Program-made: the position numbers and the translations under genes
Shown here: one piece after another, positions 54,186 through 64,000 of the stretch
Numbering within the stretch: position 1 is the stretch's first letter
Layout of the letters: each line of letters starts with the position of its first letter
Assembly: GCA_017436345.1 (NCBI GenBank)
Contig: JAFSDH010000004.1
Coordinates: 2,661 to 66,660, forward strand
DNA length: 64,000 bases
Direction of reading: 5' to 3'
Source: Bacilli bacterium
GTDB taxonomy: Bacteria > Bacillota_I > Bacilli_A > RF39 > UBA660
The notes under the pieces: generated by a model
Told to the model about the DNA's origin: nothing
The model's input: only the letters and a program-made list of their open reading frames with translations
The model's database searches: none

Positions 54186-55454
54186 GTGATGAAATATATA
54201 AAGAAAACATACGGTAGTTATAATTTACATATGTTAAAAACAGATCGATTTAAAACTATAACTATCGATTTAATTTTTAGAAAAAAAGTTAGTAAAGAAG
54301 ATATTACTAAGACAAATTTCTTAGCAGATATGTTAACTTTTTCAAGTAAAAATTATAAAACAAGAAGAGAAATGGCTATTAAACAACAAGATTTATATGC
54401 TTGTGAAGTTGATTTTAATTGTTATCGTTTAGGTAATTATTATAATACAGATATTTCTTTATTATGTTTAAATGAAAAATATACTGAAAAAGGTATGATT
54501 AAACAAACAATAAATTATTTATCTGATATCATCTTTAATCCAAATGTTGATAATGAAAAATTTGATAGTACTGCTTTTGAAATAATAAAAACTAATACTA
54601 TAAAACAAATAGAAAGTATTAAAGAAGATACTAGAAAATATAGTTTGGTTAAAATGTTAGAAAAAATGGGACCAAAAGAAAAATATTCTTTACATGGATT
54701 TGGTTATATTGAAGACTTAGAAAAAATAACAGAAGAAAATTTATATGAATATTATAAAGATTTTATAAGAACTAGTGGATTAGATATCTTTATTATAGGA
54801 GATATAGACTTTGATGAAATAGAACAAATATTTAAAGAAAATTTTAAATTTGATATTTATCATAAAAAAGATAATGATTTTATTATTGAACATGAAAAGA
54901 TTAGAAAACTTCCTAAAACAATTGTTGAAGAATATCCTTCTTCTCAATCTAAATTATCGATTGGATGTAAGATAAAGGATTTAACAGAGTTTGAAAGAAA
55001 CTATGCTTTAACCATTTTTAATATGATTTTAGGAGGAAGTAGTGAGTCTAAGTTGTTTAGAAATGTTAGAGAAAAAAATTCACTTTGTTATTATATAAGT
55101 TCTAACTCTAATAAAATAGATAATCTATTATTTATAACATCAGGAATAACTAAAAATAATATGAAAAAAGTTGTTTCTTTAGTAAAAAAAGAATTGAAAA
55201 ATATTCAAGAAGGTAAGTTTACTGAAGATGAAATAGAAAAAGCTAAAGTAAAATATATATCTTTAGTAGAAGAAATGTATGACTATCCATCTCAAATAAT
55301 ATCTTACTATTATGCATCTGAAATCTTAAATTCTGATTTACCAGAAGAAAGAAAAAAAATGGTTGATAAAGTAACTAAAGAAGACATTATTAATGTTAGT
55401 AAAAAAGTATACATAGATACTATCTATTTACTAGGAGGAGAAGACGATGAATAA
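54186..55454 (+). CDS. M16 (pitrilysin/insulinase) family protein, non-catalytic partner subunit
   Basis: Length and layout match M16 proteins, but there is no HxxEH motif. It is paired with, and overlaps, the catalytic-type M16 gene downstream, like the YmfF/YmfH arrangement in Bacilli. Confidence 0.65.
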   Translation: MMKYIKKTYGSYNLHMLKTDRFKTITIDLIFRKKVSKEDITKTNFLADMLTFSSKNYKTRREMAIKQQDLYACEVDFNCYRLGNYYNTDISLLCLNEKYTEKGMIKQTINYLSDIIFNPNVDNEKFDSTAFEIIKTNTIKQIESIKEDTRKYSLVKMLEKMGPKEKYSLHGFGYIEDLEKITEENLYEYYKDFIRTSGLDIFIIGDIDFDEIEQIFKENFKFDIYHKKDNDFIIEHEKIRKLPKTIVEEYPSSQSKLSIGCKIKDLTEFERNYALTIFNMILGGSSESKLFRNVREKNSLCYYISSNSNKIDNLLFITSGITKNNMKKVVSLVKKELKNIQEGKFTEDEIEKAKVKYISLVEEMYDYPSQIISYYYASEILNSDLPEERKKMVDKVTKEDIINVSKKVYIDTIYLLGGEDDE

Positions 55455-56724
55455 ATTAGAATTAATAGGAATAGGTCAAGATGTATATTATGAAGAACTA
55501 GAAAATGGTTTGAAAATTTATATATTACCATTTAATAATAAAAACAATTATTTTATTAGTTATTTTACTAAATTTGGATCTTTAATATTAGATTTTGAAA
55601 AAGATAAAAAGATGATTCATGTTCCTGAAGGAATTGCTCATTTCTTAGAACATAAAATGTTTGAACAAGAAGATGGAATTGACCCTTTTGCTTTTTTTGC
55701 TCAAAGTGGTACAGGATGTAATGCATCAACTAGTTATAAAGCAACTCGTTATTACTGCATGGGAAATGAAAAAGTATATGAAAATTTAGATTATTTGATT
55801 AGTTATGTTAATAGTCCATATTTTACAGATGAAAATGTGGAAAAAGAAAAAGGAATTATCTGTGAAGAAATAAATATGTTAAAAGATAACCCAGAATGGT
55901 TTGCAGAAGAAGAAATGCAAAGAATGTTATATCATAAACACCCTTTTAGAATACCTATTGCAGGATCATGTGAAAGTATAAAAACAATTACTAAAGAAGA
56001 ATTATATGATACATATAATGCCTTTTATAATCCTAATAATATGTATTTAATAATAGGTGGAAATGTTGATGTTAATGAAGTCTTATCAACTATTAAAAAT
56101 AATGATATTTTAAATAATATAAAAAAGAAAGATATTCCTAAAATTAAAGAAGTAAAAGAACCATTAGAAATAAAAGAAAAATACCAAGAAATAGAGCTAG
56201 AAAATGTTTCTACAACTAAGTTAGGTTATGCTATTAAAATTGATTCTAATATTTTTAAAGAAAAAGATCGTTTTGAATTAAGTTTATATATTGGAATGAT
56301 TTTAAATATATTATTTGGATCAACTTCTATATTTAAAGATAAAATGTTAGAAAATGGTATTTTATCTAGTTTATTCTTAGAAAGAATGTATGTTGATGAC
56401 TTCTTAATAATAGAATTTTGGGCTGAAACAGATCAACCTAAAAAATTAATTGAAGAATTAAATAATCATCTTAATACTTATGAAATAACTAAAGAAGAAG
56501 TAGAAAGATGTAAAAAAGTATGGATATCATCAGAAGTAATGACAACAGATAATGTTGAAGCAACTGTATCATCACTTATAAATGATATTATTGAATATGA
56601 TGAAGTGAAATTAAATAGAAGTGAATATATAAGAAATATGAATTATGATAAATTAATTAAGATAAAGAATAAATTAAATTTCTCTAATTCAAGTACTTTG
56701 ATATTAAAAAATAAAGAAAACTAA
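55447..56724 (+). CDS. M16 family zinc peptidase (catalytic-type subunit)
   Basis: Inverted zinc motif HFLEH (HxxEH) in GIAHFLEHKMFE, and a downstream EKGIICEE Glu region. Confidence 0.75.
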   Translation: MNKLELIGIGQDVYYEELENGLKIYILPFNNKNNYFISYFTKFGSLILDFEKDKKMIHVPEGIAHFLEHKMFEQEDGIDPFAFFAQSGTGCNASTSYKATRYYCMGNEKVYENLDYLISYVNSPYFTDENVEKEKGIICEEINMLKDNPEWFAEEEMQRMLYHKHPFRIPIAGSCESIKTITKEELYDTYNAFYNPNNMYLIIGGNVDVNEVLSTIKNNDILNNIKKKDIPKIKEVKEPLEIKEKYQEIELENVSTTKLGYAIKIDSNIFKEKDRFELSLYIGMILNILFGSTSIFKDKMLENGILSSLFLERMYVDDFLIIEFWAETDQPKKLIEELNNHLNTYEITKEEVERCKKVWISSEVMTTDNVEATVSSLINDIIEYDEVKLNRSEYIRNMNYDKLIKIKNKLNFSNSSTLILKNKEN

Positions 56725-56873
56725 TAGTTTTCTTTTTATTTATATTTTGATTATCTTATTCTTTAGTTAAGAAAATAACCATCTAAAAACATTAAATAGA
56801 GAAAGATATTGATTTTATGTCATTTTTCTTTCTTTTTTTTATTATTTAGTGTTATAATTTATTATAGAATAGG

Positions 56874-58646
56874 GTGGATAGTATGATTGGAAGCATATTT
56901 AGTATAGACGATAATTATGTAATGGTAAAATTAGGTATTGATATATCAACGCAAGAAAATTTAATCAATATACATGTTGTTTTTGAAGATGGTTCAAAAA
57001 AAATAGTTGGAGAAATTGTTAATATTAATGCTGATGTTGCTAAAATAGGGGTAGTAGGTGAAATAACTGATAATAAATTTATTCCTGGTATTAATAAAAA
57101 ACCTTCATTTAAATCTAGAATAAGAATAATTTCACTTGAAGAACTATATCTTATATTGGGGGATCAAAGAGTAGTCGATAATACTCAAGTTTATTTTGGT
57201 TTATCTAACGTTTACGCTAATTATCGTATTAATGTTAATATTAATGATTTCTTTAGTAATCACTTTTCAATATTAGGTAATACTGGTAGTGGTAAGAGTT
57301 GTACAACAGCAAGAATTCTTCAAAATGTTTTTACTAGTAGTAATTATGTTCCTATAAACGCTAAAATATTTATCTTTGATGCATATGGTGAATATATTAG
57401 AGCTTTCTCTAAATTGAATGAAATATCACCTATGTTAAATGATAAAGTTTATACAACTAATGTAAATGATACTGAACATGAATTATTAAGAATACCATTA
57501 TGGGTATTAAATACAGATGATATTGCAATTCTTTTAGAAGCAACAGATGCATCACAATTATCAATCATTGAAACAACTTTAAAGTACGTACCTATTTTTA
57601 AATCAGATAATAAAGATGTAATGATTTTTAAAAATGATATAATTGCAAGAGCTTTATTAGATATTTTAAATAGTGGTAAAGATTCAAGTAAGATAAGAGA
57701 CCAAATAATTGCTGTTCTTACTAGTACAAATACAGAACAATTAAATCTGGATACAATTATTCGTGAACCAGGTTATGATCGTACATTAAAACAATGTTTA
57801 ATGATAGATGCTAATGGAAAATTAACTGAAATAGAAAAAGTAGTAGGTTTACTAAATAATTTTAGAATTGATGGTTTAGAAATACCTGATGCTAAAGGTG
57901 ATACATATTATACTTTAAGAGACTTAGAACAAGCCCTAGAATTTGCTCTTATTGGTGAAGGGGTTTTAAAAAGTGATAAAGTATTTGACTATGCTAATGT
58001 TTTAAAAGTAAGACTACATTCATTAATTAATTCTGATGCTGCTCGTTATTTCGATTATCCAAATATGATAACAAGGGATCAATATATTGATAACTTTACT
58101 CGTGCTAAAGATGGAAAAGCAGCACAAATAGTTGATATAAATATAAATTATGTTAATGATAGAATGGCAAAATCAATTACTAAAATAATTTCAAAAATGG
58201 TATTTGAAAGAGCTTGTTTTGATAATAGAAGAGGAAAAAATCCGACACATATTATTATCGAAGAAGCTCATCGATATGTTCAAAAAGATAGTGATGTTGA
58301 ACTTCTTGGGTATAATATCTTTGAACGTATTACAAAAGAAGGTCGTAAATATGGTGTAATTCTTGGTTTAATTACACAAAGACCTAGTGAATTAAGTGAA
58401 ACTTGTATTTCACAATGTACAAATTTTGTAATCTTAAGAACATTACATCCAAAAGATTTAGCATATATTAGAGAAATGGTACCTAATATAAGTGAAGAAG
58501 GAGCAAAACAACTAAAAACGCTACAACCAGGTCATGCTTTAGCGTTTGGTTCAGCATTTAAAGTTCCTGTTGAAATAAAGTTTGATAAACCAAATCCTGA
58601 ACCATTAAGTAATAATAGTGATATTGTATCTGCTTGGTTTGGATAA
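56874..58646 (+). CDS. HerA-like (DUF87) P-loop ATPase
   Basis: N-terminal HerA-barrel-like IGSIFSIDDNYVMVKL. Walker A ILGNTGSGKSCT and Walker B THIIIEEAHRYV, plus GVILGLITQRPSEL. No NurA-like or other partner gene is adjacent. Confidence 0.7.
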   Translation: MDSMIGSIFSIDDNYVMVKLGIDISTQENLINIHVVFEDGSKKIVGEIVNINADVAKIGVVGEITDNKFIPGINKKPSFKSRIRIISLEELYLILGDQRVVDNTQVYFGLSNVYANYRINVNINDFFSNHFSILGNTGSGKSCTTARILQNVFTSSNYVPINAKIFIFDAYGEYIRAFSKLNEISPMLNDKVYTTNVNDTEHELLRIPLWVLNTDDIAILLEATDASQLSIIETTLKYVPIFKSDNKDVMIFKNDIIARALLDILNSGKDSSKIRDQIIAVLTSTNTEQLNLDTIIREPGYDRTLKQCLMIDANGKLTEIEKVVGLLNNFRIDGLEIPDAKGDTYYTLRDLEQALEFALIGEGVLKSDKVFDYANVLKVRLHSLINSDAARYFDYPNMITRDQYIDNFTRAKDGKAAQIVDININYVNDRMAKSITKIISKMVFERACFDNRRGKNPTHIIIEEAHRYVQKDSDVELLGYNIFERITKEGRKYGVILGLITQRPSELSETCISQCTNFVILRTLHPKDLAYIREMVPNISEEGAKQLKTLQPGHALAFGSAFKVPVEIKFDKPNPEPLSNNSDIVSAWFG

Positions 58647-58713
58647 AATTGGTACTTTAAAAAGAAAATACGTTATGATATAATAAAATATATATGATAT
58701 GGAGGATTAAAAA

Positions 58714-59124
58714 ATGGCTTTCAAGAATTTTATTAACAATCTTACTGGGGTAGAACCAGAAGATGACGATATTGAAAAAGAAATAAATGCTAATAATGAT
58801 AAATATATGGTAGAAGAAAATAATGCAGCTAGTAAAATGATTCTTTTAGAACCAAGAGCATACTCTGAATCACAACAAATCGCAGATTATTTAAAATCAA
58901 ACTCATCAGTAGTTGTAAACCTAAAAAGAGTTACTCCTGATCAAGCAAAAAGAATTGTTGATTTTTTAAGCGGAACTTTATATGCCATTGAAGGAGATTT
59001 ACAAAAACTTGGTGGAGGAATATTTTTATGTACTCCAAAATCTATCAATGTAGAAGGTTCAATTAGTGATGATGGTGGAAAACCAAAAACTAAGAAAGAT
59101 GAAGAAGAAGATTTTAATTGGTAA
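58714..59124 (+). CDS. sepF: cell division protein SepF
   Basis: Core LLEPRAYSESQQIADYLKSNSSVVVNLKRVTPDQAKRIVDFLSGTLYAIEGDLQKLGGGIFLCTP is typical of SepF/YlmF. Confidence 0.88.
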   Translation: MAFKNFINNLTGVEPEDDDIEKEINANNDKYMVEENNAASKMILLEPRAYSESQQIADYLKSNSSVVVNLKRVTPDQAKRIVDFLSGTLYAIEGDLQKLGGGIFLCTPKSINVEGSISDDGGKPKTKKDEEEDFNW

Positions 59125-59157
59125 TGTAATATAACTGTTGTGAAAAGAGGTGATTAG

Positions 59158-59592
59158 GTGGAAAAGTTTACAAGAGAACAAGACGGATACAATAAAGCTG
59201 AAGTTAATAAGTTTATTGATGACGTTATTGTGCAAACTGAAGCCGTAATCAATCGTGTAAAATCACAACAAGAAGAAATAAAATCTTTAAAAAAAGAATT
59301 AGAGCATTATAAAACAATTGAAGAAACATTAAAAAGTGCATTACTAAATGCTGAAAAAGCTAGTAATGATATTAAGAAAAATGCTATTGAAGAGAGTAAA
59401 ATTATTGTTATGGATGCTAAAAGAAATGCATCACATATAATAAATGATGCTTTAATAAGAGCTGAAAAAGTAGAAGTTAAAGCAGAAACTTTAGAAAGAA
59501 ATATAATTACTTTTAAGAGAAAATTAAAACTAATTGTTGAACAACAATTAGCTGTAGTAGAAGATATTGAAGAACTAGATTTAAAAGGCTAG
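59158..59592 (+). CDS. DivIVA-domain protein
   Basis: GTG start after an AGAGGTGA RBS. The N-terminal F.REQDGYNKAEVNKFIDDV DivIVA signature is followed by a coiled coil. Confidence 0.8.
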   Translation: MEKFTREQDGYNKAEVNKFIDDVIVQTEAVINRVKSQQEEIKSLKKELEHYKTIEETLKSALLNAEKASNDIKKNAIEESKIIVMDAKRNASHIINDALIRAEKVEVKAETLERNIITFKRKLKLIVEQQLAVVEDIEELDLKG

Positions 59593-59631
59593 TTCTTTTT
59601 TTGCAAAAAAAAATATCCCATTTCTAGGATA

Positions 59632-59814
59632 CTAAGCAGCGATTTGTTGATCTTTCTTTAAAGTTCTTAATTCTTTAGCGCTAACTCTATATTTTTTTCC
59701 GTTTACATCTCTAACAACAACAAGATTTAATCCTTGTTTTTTTCTAGTACTGTTTAAAGCATGAGAACGTGTATTTTTAAAATTTGGTTTTCTATTAGAT
59801 ACATTAACAGCCAT
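59632..59814 (-). CDS. rpmB: 50S ribosomal protein L28
   Basis: MAVNVSNRKPNFKNTRSHALNSTRKKQGLNLVVV...; ATG at 59814-59812 preceded by an AAAGGAGGAAA RBS. The longer ORF-track start (59886) is upstream of the RBS. A hairpin (TATCCTAGAAATGGGATA) plus T-run lies on the minus strand at about 59601-59630. Confidence 0.92.
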   Translation of the reverse strand: MAVNVSNRKPNFKNTRSHALNSTRKKQGLNLVVVRDVNGKKYRVSAKELRTLKKDQQIAA

Positions 59815-59967
59815 TATAATTTCCTCCTTTTTTGAATATAATAACACTTGCTTATTAAGATTACCATAAAAAAAGAAATTAGTCAATTATTTTTATTTTA
59901 AGTATTTTTCATTGTTCGATTTTTATTTTAAAATTATTATGTTATTATAAAGACAAGGAGGGATGTT

Positions 59968-62904
59968 ATGTATACACCATTATATATAAAAACTAATTAT
60001 TCATTATTATCTAGTTTAGTTACTATTGAAAAAATAATTGATTTATGTAAAAAAAATAATTTAAAAGAAATAGCTATATGTGATGATGACATGACATCTA
60101 CAATGGTTTTTTATAAAGAATGTAAGAAAAATGGTATTAAACCTATTATTGGTTTAGATGTTAAAATAGATGATTTATCTATTCTTTTATACGCTAAAAA
60201 TTATGAAGGATATCAAAACTTAATTAAATTATCAACTAAAAAATATGAGAGGTCGTTATCAATCGAAGATTTAAAAGAAAGAAAAGCTAATCTTATTTGT
60301 CTATTACCATTTGAATCTCGTTCTAAAGTAAATGAATTAAAAGAAATATATGAAGAATTGTATTTAGGATATCAAAATAAATTTGAAGAAGAAGAAGCAA
60401 GAAAATATATTAAAAATATTGTTTTTCTAAATAAAGTCTTATATCTTTCAAAAGAAGAATCTACATATTTAAAATACATATACATGATAAGAGACGGTAA
60501 AACGATAAGTGATGAAACTTATTATCCAGAAAATGGATATTGCTTTATCCCTGAAAATGAAGTTATAAATCTTTCTAGTAATGAAGGATTGAATAATACT
60601 AAAAATATTGCGGATAATTGTAATTTTGAATTCAAGGATAATGGTAACTTATTACCGATATATAAAGTAGAAAATGGAGATAGTTTTGAATACTTAAAAA
60701 ATTTAAGTATAAAAGGACTATCCAAAAGATTAAATAATGAAATAAATGATATCTATAAAGAAAGGTTATTATATGAACTAAATATAATTAATGATATGGG
60801 ATTTTCTAATTATTTTTTAGTTGTATATGACTTTATAAAATATGCGAAAAAAAATGGTATTTTAGTAGGACCTGGAAGAGGAAGTGCTGGGGGTTCACTT
60901 GTTGCTTATTCTTTAGGTATTACGGATATAGATCCTATTTATTATGATCTTTTATTTGAACGTTTCTTAAATCCTGAACGTGTTACTATGCCAGATATAG
61001 ATACCGATTTTCCAGATATTTATCGTGATCAAGTAATAAATTATGTTACAGAAAAGTATGGAAAGAAAAATGTTAGCGGTATTGTAACTTTTGGAACTTT
61101 AGGTGCTAGATTAGTTATAAGAGATGTCGGAAGAGTTCTTAATGCTGATGTAAGTGACATTGATTATCTTTGTAAAAGAATTCCACATGTAACTAAAGAT
61201 AAAATAAGTGATTTTTATAAAAAAGATCGTGAATTTAGAAACATGATCGAAAGTGATAGTAAATTAAAACTTTTATATCGTATTTGTAATATGATTGAAG
61301 GATTTCCTCGTCATACATCAATGCATGCGGCAGGAATTGTTATGAGTGAAAAAAATCTTGATGAAGTAATTCCTCTTGTTAAAAATAATGATATTTATTT
61401 ATCTGGTTTTACGATGGAACATTTAGAAGAATTAGGTCTATTAAAAATGGACTTTCTAGGGTTAAAAAACTTAACAACAATTATGAATATAATAAGTGAT
61501 ATTGAAAAAGGTGAGGGAATAAAGATAGATTTCTCTAATATTCCATTTGATGATAAAGATGCTTTAAAACTTTTTCAAAAAGCTGATACTAGTGGCATAT
61601 TTCAATTTGAATCTGATGGTATGCGTAATTTTCTTCGTAAATTAAAACCTAATAACCTAAATGATATAATTGCGGCAATTGCCTTATTTAGACCAGGGCC
61701 AATGGAAAACATAGATACATATATTAAAAGAAAGTATAATGAAGAAAAAATAGAATACTTAGATGATTCTTTAAAACCTATTTTAGAAAGTACATATGGA
61801 ATAATTATATATCAAGAACAAATTATGCAAATAGCTAGTACTATGGCTGGGTTTAGTTTAGGGGAAGCTGACATATTAAGACGTGCTATGAGTAAAAAGA
61901 AAAAGGAAGTATTAAGTAGTTTAGAAGAAAAATTTATTGCAGGATGTCTTGATAATGGTCATTCAAAAGAAACTAGTAAACAAGTTTATGATTTAATATT
62001 AAAATTTGCTAATTATGGATTTAATAAATCCCATTCAGTTGCATATTCAATAATCGCATATCGAATGGCTTATTTAAAAGCAAAGTATCCTAAATATTTC
62101 TTTAGTAATCTATTATCTAGTGTTATTGGAAGTGAGACTAAAACTAAAGAATATATAGATGAAGCTAGAAGATTAAATATAAAAATACTAAATCCTAATA
62201 TAAATAATAGTATGGGTTATTATACTGTTGAAAAAGAAGGAATTCGTTTTCCACTATCTAATATTAAGAATGTTGGAACAGTAACTTGTAATGATATTAT
62301 TTCTAAAAGAGAATCATATAAAGATATTTATGATTGTATAAGTAAGATTTTATCTAAAAACGTTAATAAAAAAGTATTGGAAGCTTTAATCGATTCCTCA
62401 TGCTTTGAAGATTATGGTTATAATATAAGAACTTTAAATGAGAACTTAGATAATTTAATTAATTATGCAACGCTTGCTAAAGATTTAGATGAATCACTAA
62501 TATTAAAACCAGAAATAGAAGTAAAAGAAGAATATTCAAAAGAAGCCTTAATGGCAAGAGAAAAAGAACTATTTGGCTTTTATTTAAGTAACTATCCAAC
62601 AACTAGTTATAAAGCTAAATTTAAAGTAGTAAATTTAAATGAAATAGATCGCTATTTTAATAAAACAATCGATGTAATAGTCCTAGTTGATAGAATTAAA
62701 GAAATTACTACTAAAAAAGATGAAAAAATGGGATTTATTTTTGGAAGTGATGAAAGTGGTAACTTAGATTTAACGTTATTTCCAATGGTTTATAAAAAAT
62801 ATAATATTAATAAAGGTAATATTATTCTTGCGCGAGGAAAAGTCGAAAGAAGAATGGATAGATATCAATTAGTTGTCGACAAGTTAAGAATTCTCTACGA
62901 TTAA
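59968..62904 (+). CDS. dnaE: DNA polymerase III alpha subunit DnaE
   Basis: N-terminal PHP domain. GPGRGSAGGSLVAYSLGITDIDP and catalytic MPDIDTDF, with later FNKSHSVAYS. 978 aa. Confidence 0.93.
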   Translation: MYTPLYIKTNYSLLSSLVTIEKIIDLCKKNNLKEIAICDDDMTSTMVFYKECKKNGIKPIIGLDVKIDDLSILLYAKNYEGYQNLIKLSTKKYERSLSIEDLKERKANLICLLPFESRSKVNELKEIYEELYLGYQNKFEEEEARKYIKNIVFLNKVLYLSKEESTYLKYIYMIRDGKTISDETYYPENGYCFIPENEVINLSSNEGLNNTKNIADNCNFEFKDNGNLLPIYKVENGDSFEYLKNLSIKGLSKRLNNEINDIYKERLLYELNIINDMGFSNYFLVVYDFIKYAKKNGILVGPGRGSAGGSLVAYSLGITDIDPIYYDLLFERFLNPERVTMPDIDTDFPDIYRDQVINYVTEKYGKKNVSGIVTFGTLGARLVIRDVGRVLNADVSDIDYLCKRIPHVTKDKISDFYKKDREFRNMIESDSKLKLLYRICNMIEGFPRHTSMHAAGIVMSEKNLDEVIPLVKNNDIYLSGFTMEHLEELGLLKMDFLGLKNLTTIMNIISDIEKGEGIKIDFSNIPFDDKDALKLFQKADTSGIFQFESDGMRNFLRKLKPNNLNDIIAAIALFRPGPMENIDTYIKRKYNEEKIEYLDDSLKPILESTYGIIIYQEQIMQIASTMAGFSLGEADILRRAMSKKKKEVLSSLEEKFIAGCLDNGHSKETSKQVYDLILKFANYGFNKSHSVAYSIIAYRMAYLKAKYPKYFFSNLLSSVIGSETKTKEYIDEARRLNIKILNPNINNSMGYYTVEKEGIRFPLSNIKNVGTVTCNDIISKRESYKDIYDCISKILSKNVNKKVLEALIDSSCFEDYGYNIRTLNENLDNLINYATLAKDLDESLILKPEIEVKEEYSKEALMAREKELFGFYLSNYPTTSYKAKFKVVNLNEIDRYFNKTIDVIVLVDRIKEITTKKDEKMGFIFGSDESGNLDLTLFPMVYKKYNINKGNIILARGKVERRMDRYQLVVDKLRILYD

Positions 62905-62970
62905 ATCTAATAATTGATTGTAATACTAAAAAATACATAGTAGAATTATTATAGTAGAGGAGTAAGTCGT

Positions 62971-63753
62971 ATGAATAATAATTATAATAACAATGGTAAT
63001 GGTGGCTATGTTTATAACTATTATAATGAAAGTAATCATAGTAGCAATACCAACTATAATAATACAAGCTATAGTAATACAACTATTACTACATCATATC
63101 AACAGGAAATTAAAAAAACAGCTAATAAAGTAAATATCATTGCCTATATTGGTCTTATTATTATAATGATTGGAACTTTTTTAGATTTTGCAACAATGAG
63201 TATTACTTATGAAGGATCAGTAATGCAAAGTGCTACAGTAAACTACTTTGTAACTGAAGGAGAGCCTAAAGATGGTATCTTTGTATTTTTCTTAGCAATA
63301 AGTGCTATGGCTATGATTTATAAAAACAAAAATATGAGAGCTATGATAACTAGTTTAATTGCTGGTGGTATAGTTTTAATGGATTATCAATCAATGCCTG
63401 AAACTATTGCTGAAATTGAATCAGAATTTTCTTTTTATTTTTCATATGGCTTTAAAGTAGAATATGCATACGGACCAGCACTTTATTTTTGTATAGCTGG
63501 ATTTGCCATTTTATTAATATATTTCATAGCATATTTTAAATCGATAGGAAATACCAATACGGTAACAATATCGGCATCTAATCAACCAACAAGCTATAAT
63601 CCACAAATGAAATATGCATCAGCTGACCAATACCAAAATCAACCTCAGAATAATCAAAATATAAATTATAATCAACAACCAACATATGGTACTAATCAAA
63701 ATTATATGGATAATGGATATTATAATCCTCCAAATAATATAAATAACTTTTAG
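62971..63753 (+). CDS. polytopic membrane protein with Asn/Tyr/Gln-rich low-complexity termini (hypothetical)
   Basis: GAGGAG RBS. N-terminus MNNNYNNNGNGGYVYNYYNESNHSSNTNYNN.... Central region with about 5 TM helices. C-terminus ...YQNQPQNNQNINYNQQPTYGTNQNYMDNGYYNPPNNINNF. Confidence 0.5.
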   Translation: MNNNYNNNGNGGYVYNYYNESNHSSNTNYNNTSYSNTTITTSYQQEIKKTANKVNIIAYIGLIIIMIGTFLDFATMSITYEGSVMQSATVNYFVTEGEPKDGIFVFFLAISAMAMIYKNKNMRAMITSLIAGGIVLMDYQSMPETIAEIESEFSFYFSYGFKVEYAYGPALYFCIAGFAILLIYFIAYFKSIGNTNTVTISASNQPTSYNPQMKYASADQYQNQPQNNQNINYNQQPTYGTNQNYMDNGYYNPPNNINNF

Positions 63754-63842
63754 AAGAGAATTTTCTCTTCTTTTTATTTATTTATCTTTTAAAAAAATTC
63801 TTCTCATGATATATTTATATTATGTATAGAGAAGGTGGACTT

Positions 63843-64000
63843 ATGAATATAGAATTTGTAACAAATGATTATTTATTAGCATGGTACTTATTATTTAAAC
63901 CATCTTTTTCAGAAGAAATGCAAAAATTAAAAGTAAAACTATATCAAAACTATGGAAAACAGTACATGCGTCTAGAAAAAGAAAATATCGAGATTTTAAA
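63843..64000 (+). CDS. hypothetical protein, 5' part only (runs off the right edge)
   Basis: AAGGTGG RBS, then the ATG at 63843 (MNIEFVTNDYLLAWYLLFKPSFSEEMQKLKVKLYQNYGKQYMRLEKENIEIL...). Open to the end of the window. Confidence 0.4.
   Translation, partial: MNIEFVTNDYLLAWYLLFKPSFSEEMQKLKVKLYQNYGKQYMRLEKENIEIL

Noticed and set aside
62822-63082. 86-aa Tyr/His-rich minus-strand ORF spanning the dnaE end and the start of the next gene
   Set aside because: It is the antisense of the AAT/TAT-rich 5' region of 62971..63753 and crosses the intergenic RBS. It is a low-complexity artefact.
1-64000. Search by eye for CRISPR arrays, rRNA, IS elements/transposases, integrases and relaxases
   Set aside because: I found no regularly spaced direct repeats with unique spacers, no rRNA-like sequence, and no ORF with DDE, tyrosine/serine recombinase or HUH/relaxase-like motifs. 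The absence is reported as an observation, but it is limited to what motif reading by eye can detect.

Overview
Very AT-rich, standard-code segment (TGA is a stop, e.g. 14544-14546) from a low-GC, walled Gram-positive (Bacillota-like) chromosome. All family assignments come from motif recognition by eye; no searches were run. The flanks are housekeeping. Left: tRNA-Gly, DedA, FAD/Rieske oxidoreductase, typA, trmL, tRNA-Ala, EEP-fold enzyme, polyprenyl synthase, pentapeptide protein, DagK-like lipid kinase. Right: asnS, LysM protein, tRNA-Cys, a class II bacteriocin locus, ftsA-ftsZ, ftsK, an M16 peptidase pair, a HerA-like ATPase, sepF, a DivIVA-domain gene, rpmB, dnaE. Between the lipid kinase and asnS (about 10.6-40.4 kb) lies a ~30 kb locus, all on the plus strand except one gene, which is the main finding. 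It has three parts. (i) Two diverged paralogous three-gene cassettes: a signal-peptide/C-terminal-TM protein, a ~1000-aa extremely cysteine-rich secreted protein, and a small TadE-like membrane protein. They flank a convergently oriented CxxC thioredoxin-like lipoprotein. (ii) A Tad-type pilus module: CpaB-like, CpaF/TadA-like ATPase, TadB- and TadC-like, a small pilin-like gene with its own consensus promoter, TadE-like, and TadZ/CpaE-like with a degenerate Walker A. (iii) A Gram-positive-type type IV secretion module: two VirB2/TrbC-like genes, VirB6-like, PrgI/VirB3-like, a VirB4 ATPase split into two ORFs, an M23 + glucosaminidase-like wall hydrolase, two small VirB8-like candidates, and a VirD4-type coupling protein. 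I see no relaxase, integrase, transposase, replication, partition or phage gene anywhere in the window, and no att-like repeats at the locus borders. It therefore looks like a resident, possibly repurposed Tad/T4SS hybrid apparatus linked to disulfide-rich surface proteins rather than an ordinary ICE. A second point: two double-glycine-leader bacteriocin precursors (47 and 55 aa) sit downstream of a C39-peptidase ABC exporter and are missing from the ORF track.
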